Of a DNA stretch of 64,000 bases, positions 26,453 to 38,552 are shown in pieces. The stretch lies in assembly GCA_964016885.1 (NCBI GenBank), contig OZ024765.1, positions 23,436,001-23,500,000 of the forward strand, written 5' to 3'. Each line of letters starts with the position of its first letter. Position 1 is the first letter of the stretch. The notes beneath the pieces were generated by a model. It saw only the letters and a list, made by a program, of their open reading frames with translations, was not told the origin of the DNA and made no database searches. Position numbers and translations under genes: made by a program. The DNA is from Eledone cirrhosa (Eukaryota).

Positions 26453-26579
26453 ATATATATATATATTTATATCAAGCAAGAATTTGTTGATGATTCCTGT
26501 CTTCCACAGAATCTCTGTATTGGACAAGACAGTGTCTTCTTCATATGTTGGACTACCTCAACACCAACAATCCTCTCAC

Positions 26580-26755
26580 AGTACATATCCATCAAAGCTG
26601 GAGGTGAACCAATTATCAAAGTACTTCAACATCTTTTTAACTGTTTTATCACTACAGGAAAAAGCCCAGACATGTTCAAGAAAGCATTAATAGTTGTACT
26701 CTACAAAAAAGGTAGCAGACTTGATTGTGGGAACTATTGTCCTATCAGCCTATTA
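26580..26755 (+). mobile_element. LINE RT N-terminal fragment (duplicated at about 31215-31392)
   Basis: IKAGGEPIIKVLQHLFN..ALIVVLYKKGSRLDCGNYCPISLL. Confidence 0.7.
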
Positions 26756-26938
26756 ACCCTTTAATTTTCAAACCGGCCAAAATTCTCTACCTCTTTCTGT
26801 TGAAACTGGCTGTAACTGGCCACTCAAACTGATGTTATGGTATTGTTGTGAAAATAAATACTTTCAAAATCTCATAGATTCGATATTATATAAGATAAAG
26901 CCTTTACTGTGACAATACAATAGTATATATAGAGTAAT

Positions 26939-29093
26939 TTCTTTATTTGCCACCAGGGCACAAAAGGTAGGGACAGATACAAGGGGGGAAGTTTACATAT
27001 AATTAACGAGTACAAAAATATAACAATGAAATAACAACAACAAACGAAGTCCTCAATACAGAGGGCGCATTAACATGGGTCGCACACACCCCGGAAAAAA
27101 TGTGCAACCCTTCTCCTCAGGAGCACAAAGAGTAGGTGCTTCCCTCGTCTCCTCTTTTTCCTCTTCTTTCACCTACAGGCTGATATAGAGAGAAGACCCA
27201 TTCACTCTGGCCATTCTCCCTACTTTCACCCACCTTTCATAAAACTTGCTGGGGTAGAGCACCTCTCTCCATTCTGATCCTTCTTTTAAAATGGTATTTG
27301 AAAAAGGGGACCAGTTGTTGGCCGGAGAGAAAGGTGTCTGACCTCAGCCCTTTCAGCCTCGTCCACCATACAACTTCTTTAGCCATGGCTATCACACAGA
27401 GAAAAACCGCCTCTCCTCTGTTTTTGAAAGGGGGAGGCACTTTGATCATGACAATGGACTCGGTGGTCAACCGGATTGGTCCCACCCTCGACAGTAGTCG
27501 TTCCACATAGCCCCACAGGTCAGCAATGCCTGGGCAGTGTACGAATGCGTGCGCAACGGTTTCGTCGTCAGGCATGCATCTCGGACAGATCTTATTCAAA
27601 GGATCCCTACCCAGGCTCCCATGCCTGTGGAGCTTGTCTCGAACGGGTAGAGCCCCTCGGTAGCACTGCCAGGCCAGGGACTTTTGGAAGTTGTCCATAT
27701 GTTCAGGGCTAAACGTCCTACCGAACAGACTGGCCAGTTCATTTTGCTCCATGCCTAGAGTTTCTCCGAGAGCATCGTCGCACCTGCTGCGTAACAACCC
27801 TCAATAGAATGACGAGGTGGAGTCTCCACTGATTGCCGGGTCCGCTTTCCAGAGGGCCGTGAGCGCCTGGGCACATTCAATGTGCCAGTCGCCCACTTTT
27901 CTCGGTCTTTGCTTGACCCAGGATTGCAGCTCGGTGAGCGAGACGAGTCTGGGAAAGGCTCGCCTCACAAACGGGGCCCACACCGGTTGACCGGTGAGGA
28001 ATACCTGGAGGTGCCGTAGCCTTAATGCGTGTTTACACATCTGTAGCCACGGCATCCCCAGCCCTCCTTTCGAAGGGTGTTGTCAGCAGATGTATCTCCT
28101 CACCAAAGGGGTCCGCTTGTTCCAAAGAAATTGGAACAGCGCGCACTCCATTTTGGCGACTCTTTTCACTGGGCAAGGCACGACGGTCAAGCGGTAGTAG
28201 ATGACGGATGCTATATAAGCGTTTGCCACCTCCGCTCGACCTGTCAGGGATAGTTTGCACTGGGCCCACTTCTGGGCGAGTGCAAACACCCTGGCCGTTA
28301 CCTCGTTCCAGTTTTTCTCCACCTGGAGGTCTGGTCCGAACCAGACCCCAAGCAGCTTCACCGGGCCCTCCGTCCAGCGTCCGACGACGTCGTTGGAGGG
28401 CATCGATTTGCCTCTCCATGTTCCGAGTTGCAAACCGACGGACTTGTCCCGGTTCAGCTTGGCTCCTGTAAACCTTTCATATTCCTCCAGTAAGGTGCCG
28501 ATCTCACCGATTTGCGAGGTTCTCGACACCATTACTGTCACGTCATCGGCGTAGGCCGACGCCGCTTTCTGCAATCCCGGTTCCAAAGGGATGCCCTGCA
28601 ACCGCCCCAACTTCTGCAGTAGTGGCTCAAGAGCCAGCACATAGAGAAGGGAGGAGAGAGGGCATCCCTGTCGGATGGATCGCAAGATTTGGAACGGCTC
28701 CGAGAGGTGGCCGTTCACCTTGACCCTTGAGCAGACGTTGCTGCTGTGCATCGCAGCAATCCAACCCCTGAAAACGGGTCCGAAGCCTGCCGCCGCGAGC
28801 ACCGTATCCAGGTAACGATGGTCAACCCTATCGAAAGCTTTAGATTGATCCAAGTTGATCAGGGCCCCACCAAAGCCGGGTTCATTCCCTACCCTCTCTA
28901 TGATGTATCGCATAAGGTGGAGATTGTCGTGAATGGACCTGGACGGGATTGCGCTTCTCTCACCAGATTTCCGACGACACACGCCAACCTCTTCGCTAAC
29001 ACCTTGGCCAAAATCTTTAACTCTCTATTTAGCAGAGTTATGGGCCTGAAGTTACTTATGTCATCCCCCTTGTTCTCGTCCTTCCTCACCAGC
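26939..29093 (-). mobile_element. 5'-truncated Tx1/L1-clade LINE with 16-bp TSD
   Basis: RT (NFRPITLLN, LDQSKAFDRV, RQGCPLS, AYADDV) and C-terminal CCHC (CPRC..DETVAHAFVHC). TSD gtatatatagagtaat at 26923-26938 and 29094-29109. Confidence 0.93.
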
Positions 29094-29505
29094 GTATATA
29101 TAGAGTAATGTAAATGTTATGTGAGATTTTATGTGAGGTAAAGCCTTTACTGTGAAAATACAATAGTATATATAGAGTAATGTAAATGTTATGTGAGGTA
29201 AAGCCTTTACTGTGACAATACAATAGTATATATAGAGTAATGTAAATGTTATGTGAGATTTTATGTGAGGTAAAGCCTTTACTGTGAAAATACAATAGTA
29301 TATATAGAGTAATGTAAATGTTATGTGAGGTAAAGCCTTTACTGTGACAATACAATAGTATATATAGAGTAATGTAAATGCTATGTGAGATATTATGTGA
29401 GGTAAAGCCTTTACTGTGACAATACAATAGTATATATAGAGTAATGTAAATGCCATGTGAGAGATTATGTGAGGTAAACCTTTACTGTGACAATACAATA
29501 GTAGA
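29094..29505. repeat. Tandem minisatellite of about 59/71-bp units (aaagcctttactgtgacaatacaatagtatatatagagtaatgtaaatgttatgtgagg)
   Basis: About 6 units; it continues at 26895-26938, 30404-30440 and 31470-31610. Confidence 0.9.
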
Positions 29506-30403
29506 TCTATTTATTAATTTCAACAATGTCAATATTCCGTGTGTCATAATTCTCGATTATCATTGGTTCATAGGTTTCAAACAACTCCGCCCACCTCAAC
29601 GACGCCAAACTTAAATTAATATGTATAATGCCAATGAGAGAGTGAGAGGCGAGAGAGAGGCAAAGTGAACGCTGTGTTGGATACACTATGTATATGTGTC
29701 AGTGTAGAGACGTGTGTGTGTGTGTGATGTGTGTGGAAATAAGAGGGGAAGGAAAGCAATAACTATTAACATGTGCGTGTGTATGTACGTGCGCGTATGT
29801 TTATGTGTGTGCGTGCGTGGAGCGTTCCACAGAAAGTAAAAACTATCAACATGTGTGAGTGTGTGAGTAAGTTTGCGTGCGTGTGCGCTTTTCCATGCGT
29901 GTATGTGTGTGTATGTGCGGCATCCCACAATTGCCACGCAGTTTATCTGTCTGTGTGCCTGTCTGTCAGTCTAACATACACAGAGTTGTGAAGGGAGTAA
30001 ATAGGGACCTTTTTTACATTGACGGACATCTTTTTTATTAATTATCTATATCTATATCTACATATAATATAAAAGATTGGAACTTCCATCATCCTTTTGA
30101 GAAACGTGGAACAACCACATCTATGCAATGATACACGCTTTCCAGTCAGGCAGAAGATGAACCATCTCCTAGAGGTCACTATTCTAGGTGGGAGCACCTA
30201 GAATTGTTCATATACTATGCACAAACGGTACAACGAAGAATCTGGTATATCTGGAAGATTATTTTTACTGTTTTCTGTATCACACAGACAACACGGACTC
30301 GCCTCACACTGTAACCAGACAAACATCCAATACAGTCATTTTCTCTTTTACCTGTCTTCTCTAATCATCTATTTACCTGGGCGAAGCTGAGTACGTCAGC
30401 TAG
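29506..30403 (+). mobile_element. Non-autonomous Helitron inserted at A|T in the minisatellite
   Basis: Starts TC(tattt) after caatagtaga, ends cctgggcgaagctgagtacgtcagCTAG, and the interrupted repeat resumes (tatagagt) with no TSD. Confidence 0.8.
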
Positions 30404-32389
30404 TATAGAGTGCTGTAAATGTTATTTGAGGTGTAGCTTCTTCTTATTCTCTCTCTCTCTCTCTAGAAAGCCAGATCCTTTCTCAACCATGGAACCATGT
30501 ATTACTTGATGACCTGTTTAGGGGTCACAAACTGTCAAATTTCTCTGACACTATACTTTCGCTCATCATCAAGGTAAAGTCTCCCTTTATTTATATCCCT
30601 GCTTTGTGTGGTTGGTGTTAGAAAGGGCCTCCAGCTGCACAAATACCCAACAGTCCTCACCGGAGTAAAGCGCAATGGGGCCAACTATGGCCAGACTTCA
30701 CCCAGACTCTGCCTCCTTCACTGTGTTTATCACCAGAACTATCATCATCATCATCATTTTGCGTCCGCTTCTCCCTGCTTGCAAGGGTGGGACGGGAACT
30801 GATTCTGGCTTGATTTCTACACCTGGATGCCCTTCCTAACACCAACCTCATTTACAGTGAGTGTTGGGTGCTTTTTTGCCGTGGCACCTCCATGACCACT
30901 TTACAGTGGAATGATAGGGACCCCAGTCCTATCATCTCATTTCTACAGCTGAGTAAACTGGAGCAATGTGAAATAAAGTGTCTTGCTCAAGGAAACAACA
31001 CATCACCCGGTCTGAGAATTGAATTCACAACCTTTCGATTACAGGGCCAATGCTCTAACCACTAAGCCATGTGCCTCCATATATATATTTATATCAAGCA
31101 AGAATTTGTTGGTGATTCCTCTCTCTTCCACAGAATCTCTGTATTGGACAAGACTCAGTACAGTGTCTCCTTCATATGTTGGACTACCTCAACACCAACG
31201 ATCCTCTCACAGGTCAGTACATATCCATCAAAGCTGGAGGTGAACCAATAATCAAAGTACTTCAACATCTTTTTAACTGTTTTATCACTACAGGAAAAAA
31301 GCACAGACATGTTCAAGAAAGCATTGATAGTTGTACTCTACAAAAAGGTAGCAGACTTGATTGTGGGAACTATTGTCCTATCAGCCTATTAACCCGTTAA
31401 TGTTCAAACCGGCCAGATTTCTCTACCTCTTAAATACTTTCAAAATTTCATAGATTCGATATTATGTAAGATAAAGCCTTTACTGTGAAAATACAATAGT
31501 ATATATAGAGTAGTGTAAATGTTATGTGAGATATTATGTGAGGTAAAGCCTTTACTGTGAAAATACAATAGTATATATAGAGTAATGTAAATGCTATGTG
31601 AGGTAAAGCTTCTCTTCCTCTCTCTAGAAAGCCAGATCCTTTCTCAACCATGGAACCATGGAACCATGTATTACTTGATGTCCTGTTTTGGGGTCACAAA
31701 CTGTCAGATTTTTCTGACCCTATACTTTCCCTAATCATCATTATTTATATCCCTGTTTTGTGTGGTTGGTCTTAGGAAGGGCCTCCAGCTATAAAATACC
31801 CAACAGTTCTCACCGGAGCAAAGCGCAATGGGGGCCAACTATGGCCAGACTTGACCAGACTGCCTCCTTCACCAGAACTATCATCATCATCATCATTTCA
31901 CGTCTGCTTTTCCCTGCTTGAAAGGGTAGGACGGGAACTGATTCTGGCTTGATTTCTACAGCTGGATGCCCTTCCAAACACCAACCTCATTTACAGTGTG
32001 TGCTGGGTGCTTTTTTGCTGTGGCACCTCCATGACCACTTTAGAATGAGTGCTCGGTGCTTTTTTTCCGTGGCACCTCCACGACCACTTTACAGTGAGTG
32101 CTGGGTGCTTTTTTTCCGTGGCACCTCCACGCCCACTTTACAGTGAGTGCTAAGGGCTTTTTTGCCGTGGCACATCCACGACTCCTTTGCAGTGGAATAA
32201 TAGGGACCCCAGTCCTATCATCTCGTTTCTTCAGTTGAGTAAACTGGTGCAATGTGAAATAAAATGCCTTGCTCAAAAAAGCAACACATCACCTGGTCTG
32301 AGAATTGAAATCACAACCTTTCGATGGCAAGGCCAATGCTCTAACCACTAAGCCATGTGCTTCCATGTATATATGTATATATATATACA

Positions 32390-32715
32390 TAAAAGATAAA
32401 AAAAGGATGGTATGTTCACAGAGACTCTATGAAGAACCGTAGACTAGAGAACTCAACAACGCTGCCCAATAAAATCTGGCAGCTTAAGGACACAAACCAG
32501 GAATAAGGGATTAGCTGGTCGAAATTTAATTACCGCTCACCTCCACGTCTATAACATAGCCATTTGTTCCTCTATATATGCCTGTGTCTACCGTTCCTTC
32601 ATAAACCAGTTCCTAGATCATGATCACAACACCGTCATCCTGAAATACAACATCCACCAGATGCTGAAGGATGCACACGTCATGTAAAAAGCTGGTCAAA
32701 TCCAGGTAAATAGTA
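32390..32715 (+). mobile_element. Penelope-like remnant between microsatellites
   Basis: Translates STTLPNKIWQLKDTNQE*GISWS, resembling the C-terminal part of PLE GIY-YIG domains. Confidence 0.5.
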
Positions 32716-32805
32716 TGTGTGTGTGTATATATATGTGTGTCTGTGTGTATATATATGTGTGTGTGTGTATGTTTGTGTCTGTGTGTATATATATGTGTGT
32801 TTAAA

Positions 32806-32858
<53 letters not shown>

Positions 32859-33094
32859 TATATATAGTTAGAGAGGTGTGTATATGATAAATAATGTATA
32901 TAATCTACGCCTAATCATGATTACAACTGCTACTTTGCAGCTTACAACTGTAGCTGGCAGCTGTGATGTTGACAAGAATGTAGTACTCAATATAGGGTGC
33001 ATGATAGAGAGTAGCATTGAGGAAGGGAAAATACATAATGAAAAACACACCAATATATATATAGTATATATACATACATACTATATATATATAT

Positions 33095-33320
33095 AAAAGG
33101 TAAACAGAAATAACAACACAATCGGTACAGTATATGGAAGGGATATATTAGGTTAACGATTGATATAGCAGGAAGAGGGTCTTAACGTTTCGAACGCTAG
33201 TCCTTCATCAGAAAAAAGAATGAGAAATAAAATAGATTGAAGGGACGGGTGGGATGGAATTGAAAAAAATGTCTTTAGATAAAAATAACAGGTCCATTCA
33301 TGTTGAAATCTCTTGAAAAA
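33095..33320 (-). mobile_element. PLE pseudo-LTR/retrozyme-like element in a TA tract
   Basis: Second copy of 25320-25510; carries an intact hammerhead core. Confidence 0.7.
33180..33215 (-). ncRNA. Minimal hammerhead ribozyme
   Basis: Minus: UUUU-CUGAUGA-A-GGAC uagc GUUC-GAAA-CG-UU^AAGA; palindromic AACGUU stem III. Confidence 0.65.
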
Positions 33321-33799
33321 CTATATATATATCATCATCATCATTTCATTTTACATCCGCTTTTCCCTGCTTGCAAGGGTGGGATGGTAACTGATTCTGG
33401 CTTTATTTCTACAGCTGGATGCCCTTCCTAACACCAACTTCATTTACAGTGAGTGCTGGGTGCTTTTTTGCCGTGGCACCTCCACGACCACTTTGCAGTG
33501 GAATGATAGGGACCCCAGTCCCTATCATCTCATTTCTACAGCTGAGTAAACTGGAGCAACGTGAAATAAAGTGTCTTGCTCAAGGAAACAACACATCACC
33601 TGGTCTGAGAATTGATCTCACAACCTTTCAATTGCAAGGCCAATGCTCTATCAGATAAAATACAAAGTTTGTTTTATAAATAGTGACATACCCAGGAATG
33701 ATACCTTAACGGTTCAAGTTTCTCCTGGATAGTGAAAGGAAAGAGAGAAAAAGGGAAGAGGGGAAAAAACAAATATTTCAAATTATTTTGATGAATATG

Positions 33800-34069
33800 C
33801 AGATGATAATTTACCACAAATATTACAGTGATACGGCTTTTCTCCAGTATATATATATATGTTTCTATGTAGTTAATGTAGCAATGAAAGAGAATAATTC
33901 CTCCCCAATGTCACAGTGGTATGTCTTCTCACTCATATAAATGTCTTTGTGTTTAATTAATTCACCATTTTGAGATAATGAGATATGACTTTGTTATGGC
34001 TTCTCACCTGTATGGGTATATTTGTGTCTAGTTAAACTACTTGAAATGGAGAAAGATTTACTGCAGATA
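33800..34069 (-). pseudogene. Degenerate finger repeats downstream of the ZNF-2 stop
   Basis: Finger-like sequence continues out of frame after a 2-bp loss that creates the TGA stop. Confidence 0.7.
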
Positions 34070-35431
34070 TCAGTGATATGGTTTCTTACATCTATGTATA
34101 CGCCTGTGTTTAGATAAATGACTACTTTCAAAGAATGATTTACCACAGATATCGCAATGGTATGGCTTGTCTCCTGTATGTATACGTAAGTGTTTAGTTA
34201 AGGTACCACTTTGAGAGAATGATTTACCACAGATATCACAGTGAAAGTGCTTCTCTCCTGTATGTATACGTTTGTGTCTAGTTAAGCTACTATTATCAGA
34301 GAATGATTTACCACAGATATCACAATGATATGGCTTGTCTCCTGTATGGGTACGTGTGTGGGTAGTTAAGTGACTACTTACAGAGAATGATTTACCACAG
34401 ATATCACAGTGATATGGTTTGTCTCCTGTATGTGTACGTTTGTGACTAGTTAAGGCACTACTATCAGAGAATGATTTATCACAGATATCACAATGATATG
34501 GCTTGTCTCCTGTATGTATACGCTTGTGGGTAGTTAAGTGGCTACTTACAGAGAATGATTGACCACAGATATCACAGTGGTATGGCTTGTCTCCTGTATG
34601 GGTACGTTTGTGCGTAGTTAAGGCACTACCATCAGAGAATGATTTACCACAGATATCACAGTGATATGGCTTGTCTCCTGTATGGGTACGTTTGTGTCTA
34701 GTTAAGTGACTACTTACAGAGAATGATTTACCACAGATATCACAGTGGTATGGCTTCTCTCCTGTATGTATAAGTTTGTGTCTAGTTAAGTGACTACTTC
34801 GAGAGAATGATTTACCACAGATATCACAGTGATATGGCTGGTCTCCTGTATGTATACGTTTGTGAGTAGTTAAGGCACTACTTACAGAGAATGATTTACC
34901 ACAGATATCACAGTGGTATGGCTTGTCTCCTGTATGTATACGTTTGTGAGTAGTTAAGGCACTACTTTGAGAGAATGATTTACCACAGATATCACAGTGA
35001 TATGGCTTGTCTCCTGTATGGGTACGTTTGTGACTAGTTAAGGCACTACTATCAGAGAATGATTTACCACAGATATCACAGTGATATGGCTTCTCTCCTG
35101 TATGTATACGTTTGTGGCTAGTTAAGGACCTACTTACAGAGAATGATTTATCACAGATATCACAGTGATATGGCCTCTCTCCTGTGTGTATACGTTTGTG
35201 TCTAGTTAAGTTACTACCATCAGAGAATGATTTACCACAGATATCACAATATGGCTTGTCTCCTGTATGTATAACTTTGTGAGTAGTTAAGGTACTATGT
35301 TTATTGAATGATTTACCACAGATATCAGAGTGATATGTCTTCTCTTCTCTAACCTTTGTCATTTCACCAGGAATACTAAACACTTTAGATTGTGTTTCAC
35401 ATTTAATCTTCTCAGTCAACATATTTTCCAT
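34070..35431 (-). CDS. Tandem C2H2 zinc-finger protein (15 finger repeats, 14 canonical), paralog of 9701-11131
   Basis: 453-aa ORF. N-terminus [27 protein letters not shown] matches ZNF-1. Acceptor ttttcatttcag ends at 35749. Upstream homology with ZNF-1 extends to about 36025 / 11757. Confidence 0.93.
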   Translation of the reverse strand: MENMLTEKIKCETQSKVFSIPGEMTKVREEKTYHSDICGKSFNKHSTLTTHKVIHTGDKPYCDICGKSFSDGSNLTRHKRIHTGERPYHCDICDKSFSVSRSLTSHKRIHTGEKPYHCDICGKSFSDSSALTSHKRTHTGDKPYHCDICGKSFSQSSALTTHKRIHTGDKPYHCDICGKSFSVSSALTTHKRIHTGDQPYHCDICGKSFSRSSHLTRHKLIHTGEKPYHCDICGKSFSVSSHLTRHKRTHTGDKPYHCDICGKSFSDGSALTTHKRTHTGDKPYHCDICGQSFSVSSHLTTHKRIHTGDKPYHCDICDKSFSDSSALTSHKRTHTGDKPYHCDICGKSFSVSSHLTTHTRTHTGDKPYHCDICGKSFSDNSSLTRHKRIHTGEKHFHCDICGKSFSQSGTLTKHLRIHTGDKPYHCDICGKSFFESSHLSKHRRIHRCKKPYH

Positions 35432-36092
35432 GATTTACTTGTAATATTTCTTATATCATATTCCTAAAAATATTTCTTCCTCTATATTTCCCGCAACTGT
35501 GGTTTCAGTTAATATATGAAGATAATACAAACTTATATTTCATCCAAGTTTAGTTAAAATACAAAATAATCTCAGTGAAGAAAATAAACTCAGTTCTGAG
35601 GAAATATTTCACAGTAATTGAACTATATATTTATATAAACAGTGTTATATAAGTTCTGTTTAAAATGTTTTAGTCTTCAAATGATGATAAATATAGGTGG
35701 TGTATCCAAGATTGAAAATAATAATTTATCCCAATGTCATCTGGTATTCTGAAATGAAAAGGAAACAGTATGAGATAATACAGAATACTTTAGAAGCAGA
35801 GATAGATTTAACAGTGGAAATTTTATATTTCTATATTGGTAAACTGTAGATACAAACTTTCCTGTCCAGAGTAATTCTCTCCAATGTAAGCAGTGGTATT
35901 CAAGCATGCTCTGTAAATTATATCCTTCTATCTCTTGGGAGGTCTGCTCTATGACAGTTTAGTGAAAAATTCTTTCTGATAGCACTTTCTAACGTAGCTA
36001 ACATCTCCTCTCCTGGTGACATGTCACACCGGTTTAACATATACATATATAAATATATAAACACACACACATATATACATATATATATATAT

Positions 36093-38343
36093 GCAACTTT
36101 TACAAACAACCGCATGACAGAGGACAGAGACATCGTTATGCTAGCAGGCGACTTCAATGGTCGTGTTGGCCAGCTCCAGGATGGTTACATTGGGGTACAT
36201 GGTGGGCATGGTTACGGCTCAAGAAATGATGAAGGAGAGAGACTTCTTGAATTTTATGATGCAAGTACACTGACTATTTGCAACACTAACTTCCAGAAAC
36301 CTGCCAACCACCTAATAACCTACAAATCAGGCGAGCACATAAGCCATATTGACTTCTTACTAGTTAGGCAGCGGGACAGGCAGATGGTGTCAAATACCAA
36401 GGCATACCCTGGGGAAGAATGTACCCCCACAGCATAGGTTAGTCGTTAGTGATATCTCAGTAAGCAAGAGATGGAATGAGATATACAGGAAGGTGTGTAA
36501 AAGAAAGGTCTGGAAGCTAAAAGACCTTTCACTAAAATACAAATTTAGGAAAGCCCTTCAAGATGTGTATGACGAAAAAGAAGACGATTTAGAGACGTAT
36601 GACATAGATAATAACTGGAATTTCTTACGTGACAACTTACTGCAGGCTACTGATGAAACTTGTGGCTGGAGCAGAGCTCCAACCAGACAGAGAGTGACCT
36701 GGTGGTGGAACAGCACAGTAGATAAGGCCATTTAGAGACAAAAGACTAGCATGGAAGACTTGGAAAAAGGGTGGGAGTAGAGAAGGATATACATCCGCTA
36801 AGAGAGAAGCTAGACGTCAGGTGTACTGAGAGTAGGAGGTTTGCCAATGTTCTGCAACGGGAAGATCAGAGGCGTACGGTGTTCCACATTGCAAGGCAGT
36901 GTGTCAATGCAAATCAGGATGTTGTTGGAGATAAATGTGTCCGGAATGATGCTGGTGTACTTAGTGTCACGAATGATCAGAAAAAGGAGGCCTGGAAATG
37001 TCATTATGAGAGACTGATGAATGTGGAGAACGAATGGGAGAGAGAGAAATTACCCTCAGTAGATCCAACAGAGGGACCAGCTATTGAAATTGACGAATTA
37101 TAGGGGTATAAAACTGATAGATCAGGTTATGAAAGTGGCAGAAAGGATATTAGCACAACTAATTAGAGAAAGGGTCAAACTAGATGAGATGCTCTCTTCT
37201 TGGTGAGACAATTACAAGACAGGATCTTAGAGAAGAATCAGCCACTATACTTAGCCTTTGTTGACCTAGAGAAGGCCTTTGATAGAGTACCCGGATCTGT
37301 CATCTGGTGGTCCCTAAGGAAACTAGGTGTTGAGGAATGGCTTGTGAGGATAGTGCAAACGTTGTACAGAGGCGTTGTCAGTAAAGTGAGGGTAGGAATG
37401 GAGTTTAGTGAGGAATTCCAGATACAAGTAAGAGTACATCAAGGTTCCGTTCTCAGCCTGCTCTTGTTCATTATAGTCCTCCATGCCATAACAGAGGAGA
37501 TTAAGACTGGCTGTCAATGGGAAATTCTCTATGCTGAAGATCTCGTTCTTATAGCAGAATCAGTAGTTCGATATGCAGAAAAGGAACTGGCAAAAATTCT
37601 ATAAAATGCACACAATGCAGATCCTGGGTACACAAGAGATATAGTTGGATAGCAGGCAAACTAACAGGTGGGGGAGAAATATGTATGCAGTAGATGTACA
37701 GGGAAATTAGACAGTAGAAGTCGCAGTGAAATACACATTTTTCAAATGCAGGCGGGTGCTATAGAAGTGGTGGATAGCTTCCGGTACCTAGGAGATCAGA
37801 TTAGCATGGGAGGAGGGTGTTCCGAGGCCATAGTATCTAGAATAAGGATGGGTTGGAAGAAGTTTAGGGAGCTGCTTCCTCTGCTGACAAAGAAGGGTTT
37901 CTCCCTGCATACGGAAGGCCGGTTATATGATGCCTGTCTGAGGAGCGCGATGCTGCATTGTAGTGAGACATGGGCAGCAACTGCAGAGGATATGCGAAGC
38001 AAGCATGCTCCGTTGGATGTGCAATGTCAATGTGTGTGAATGACCCAGCATGGATGTGTTGAGAGTGAAACTGTGTCTGAGAGGGATAGGCTGTAGTGTA
38101 CGGGAGAGGAGACTGAGGTGGTATGGACATGTGATGCGCATGGAGGATGACCGATGGGTGAAGAAGTGCCAGGAAATGCCAGTTGAAGGAAGACGTGGTA
38201 GAGGTAGACCACGAAAAACATGGGCGGAGGTGGTGAGACCAGACCTCAGATCGACGAAGGACTGTGACAAGTGGAGAGATGCTGAATAAGACCCGTCCCA
38301 CCCTTGCAAGCAGGGAAAAGTGGATGTAAAATGATGATGATGA
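36093..38343 (+). mobile_element. Degenerate RTE LINE (same family as 13717-16920)
   Basis: GDFNG..NTNFQK..; FVDLEKAFDRV; SICRKG..IKCTQCRSWVHKR..YVCSRC; RRLRWYGHV; (GAT)n tail. Confidence 0.92.
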
Positions 38344-38502
38344 GATATACATACAAATATATATATATACATAGATATATATATATATATATACATAGAT
38401 ATATATATATATATACATAGATATATATATATATATATACATATATATATACATATATACATATATATATACATATATACATACATATATATATATATAT
38501 AT

Positions 38503-38533
<31 letters not shown>

Positions 38534-38552
38534 CACATACATATATATATAC

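Noticed and set aside
29560-29610. CCAAT/GC-box promoter for ZNF-1
   Set aside because: Lies inside a Helitron insertion (29506-30403).
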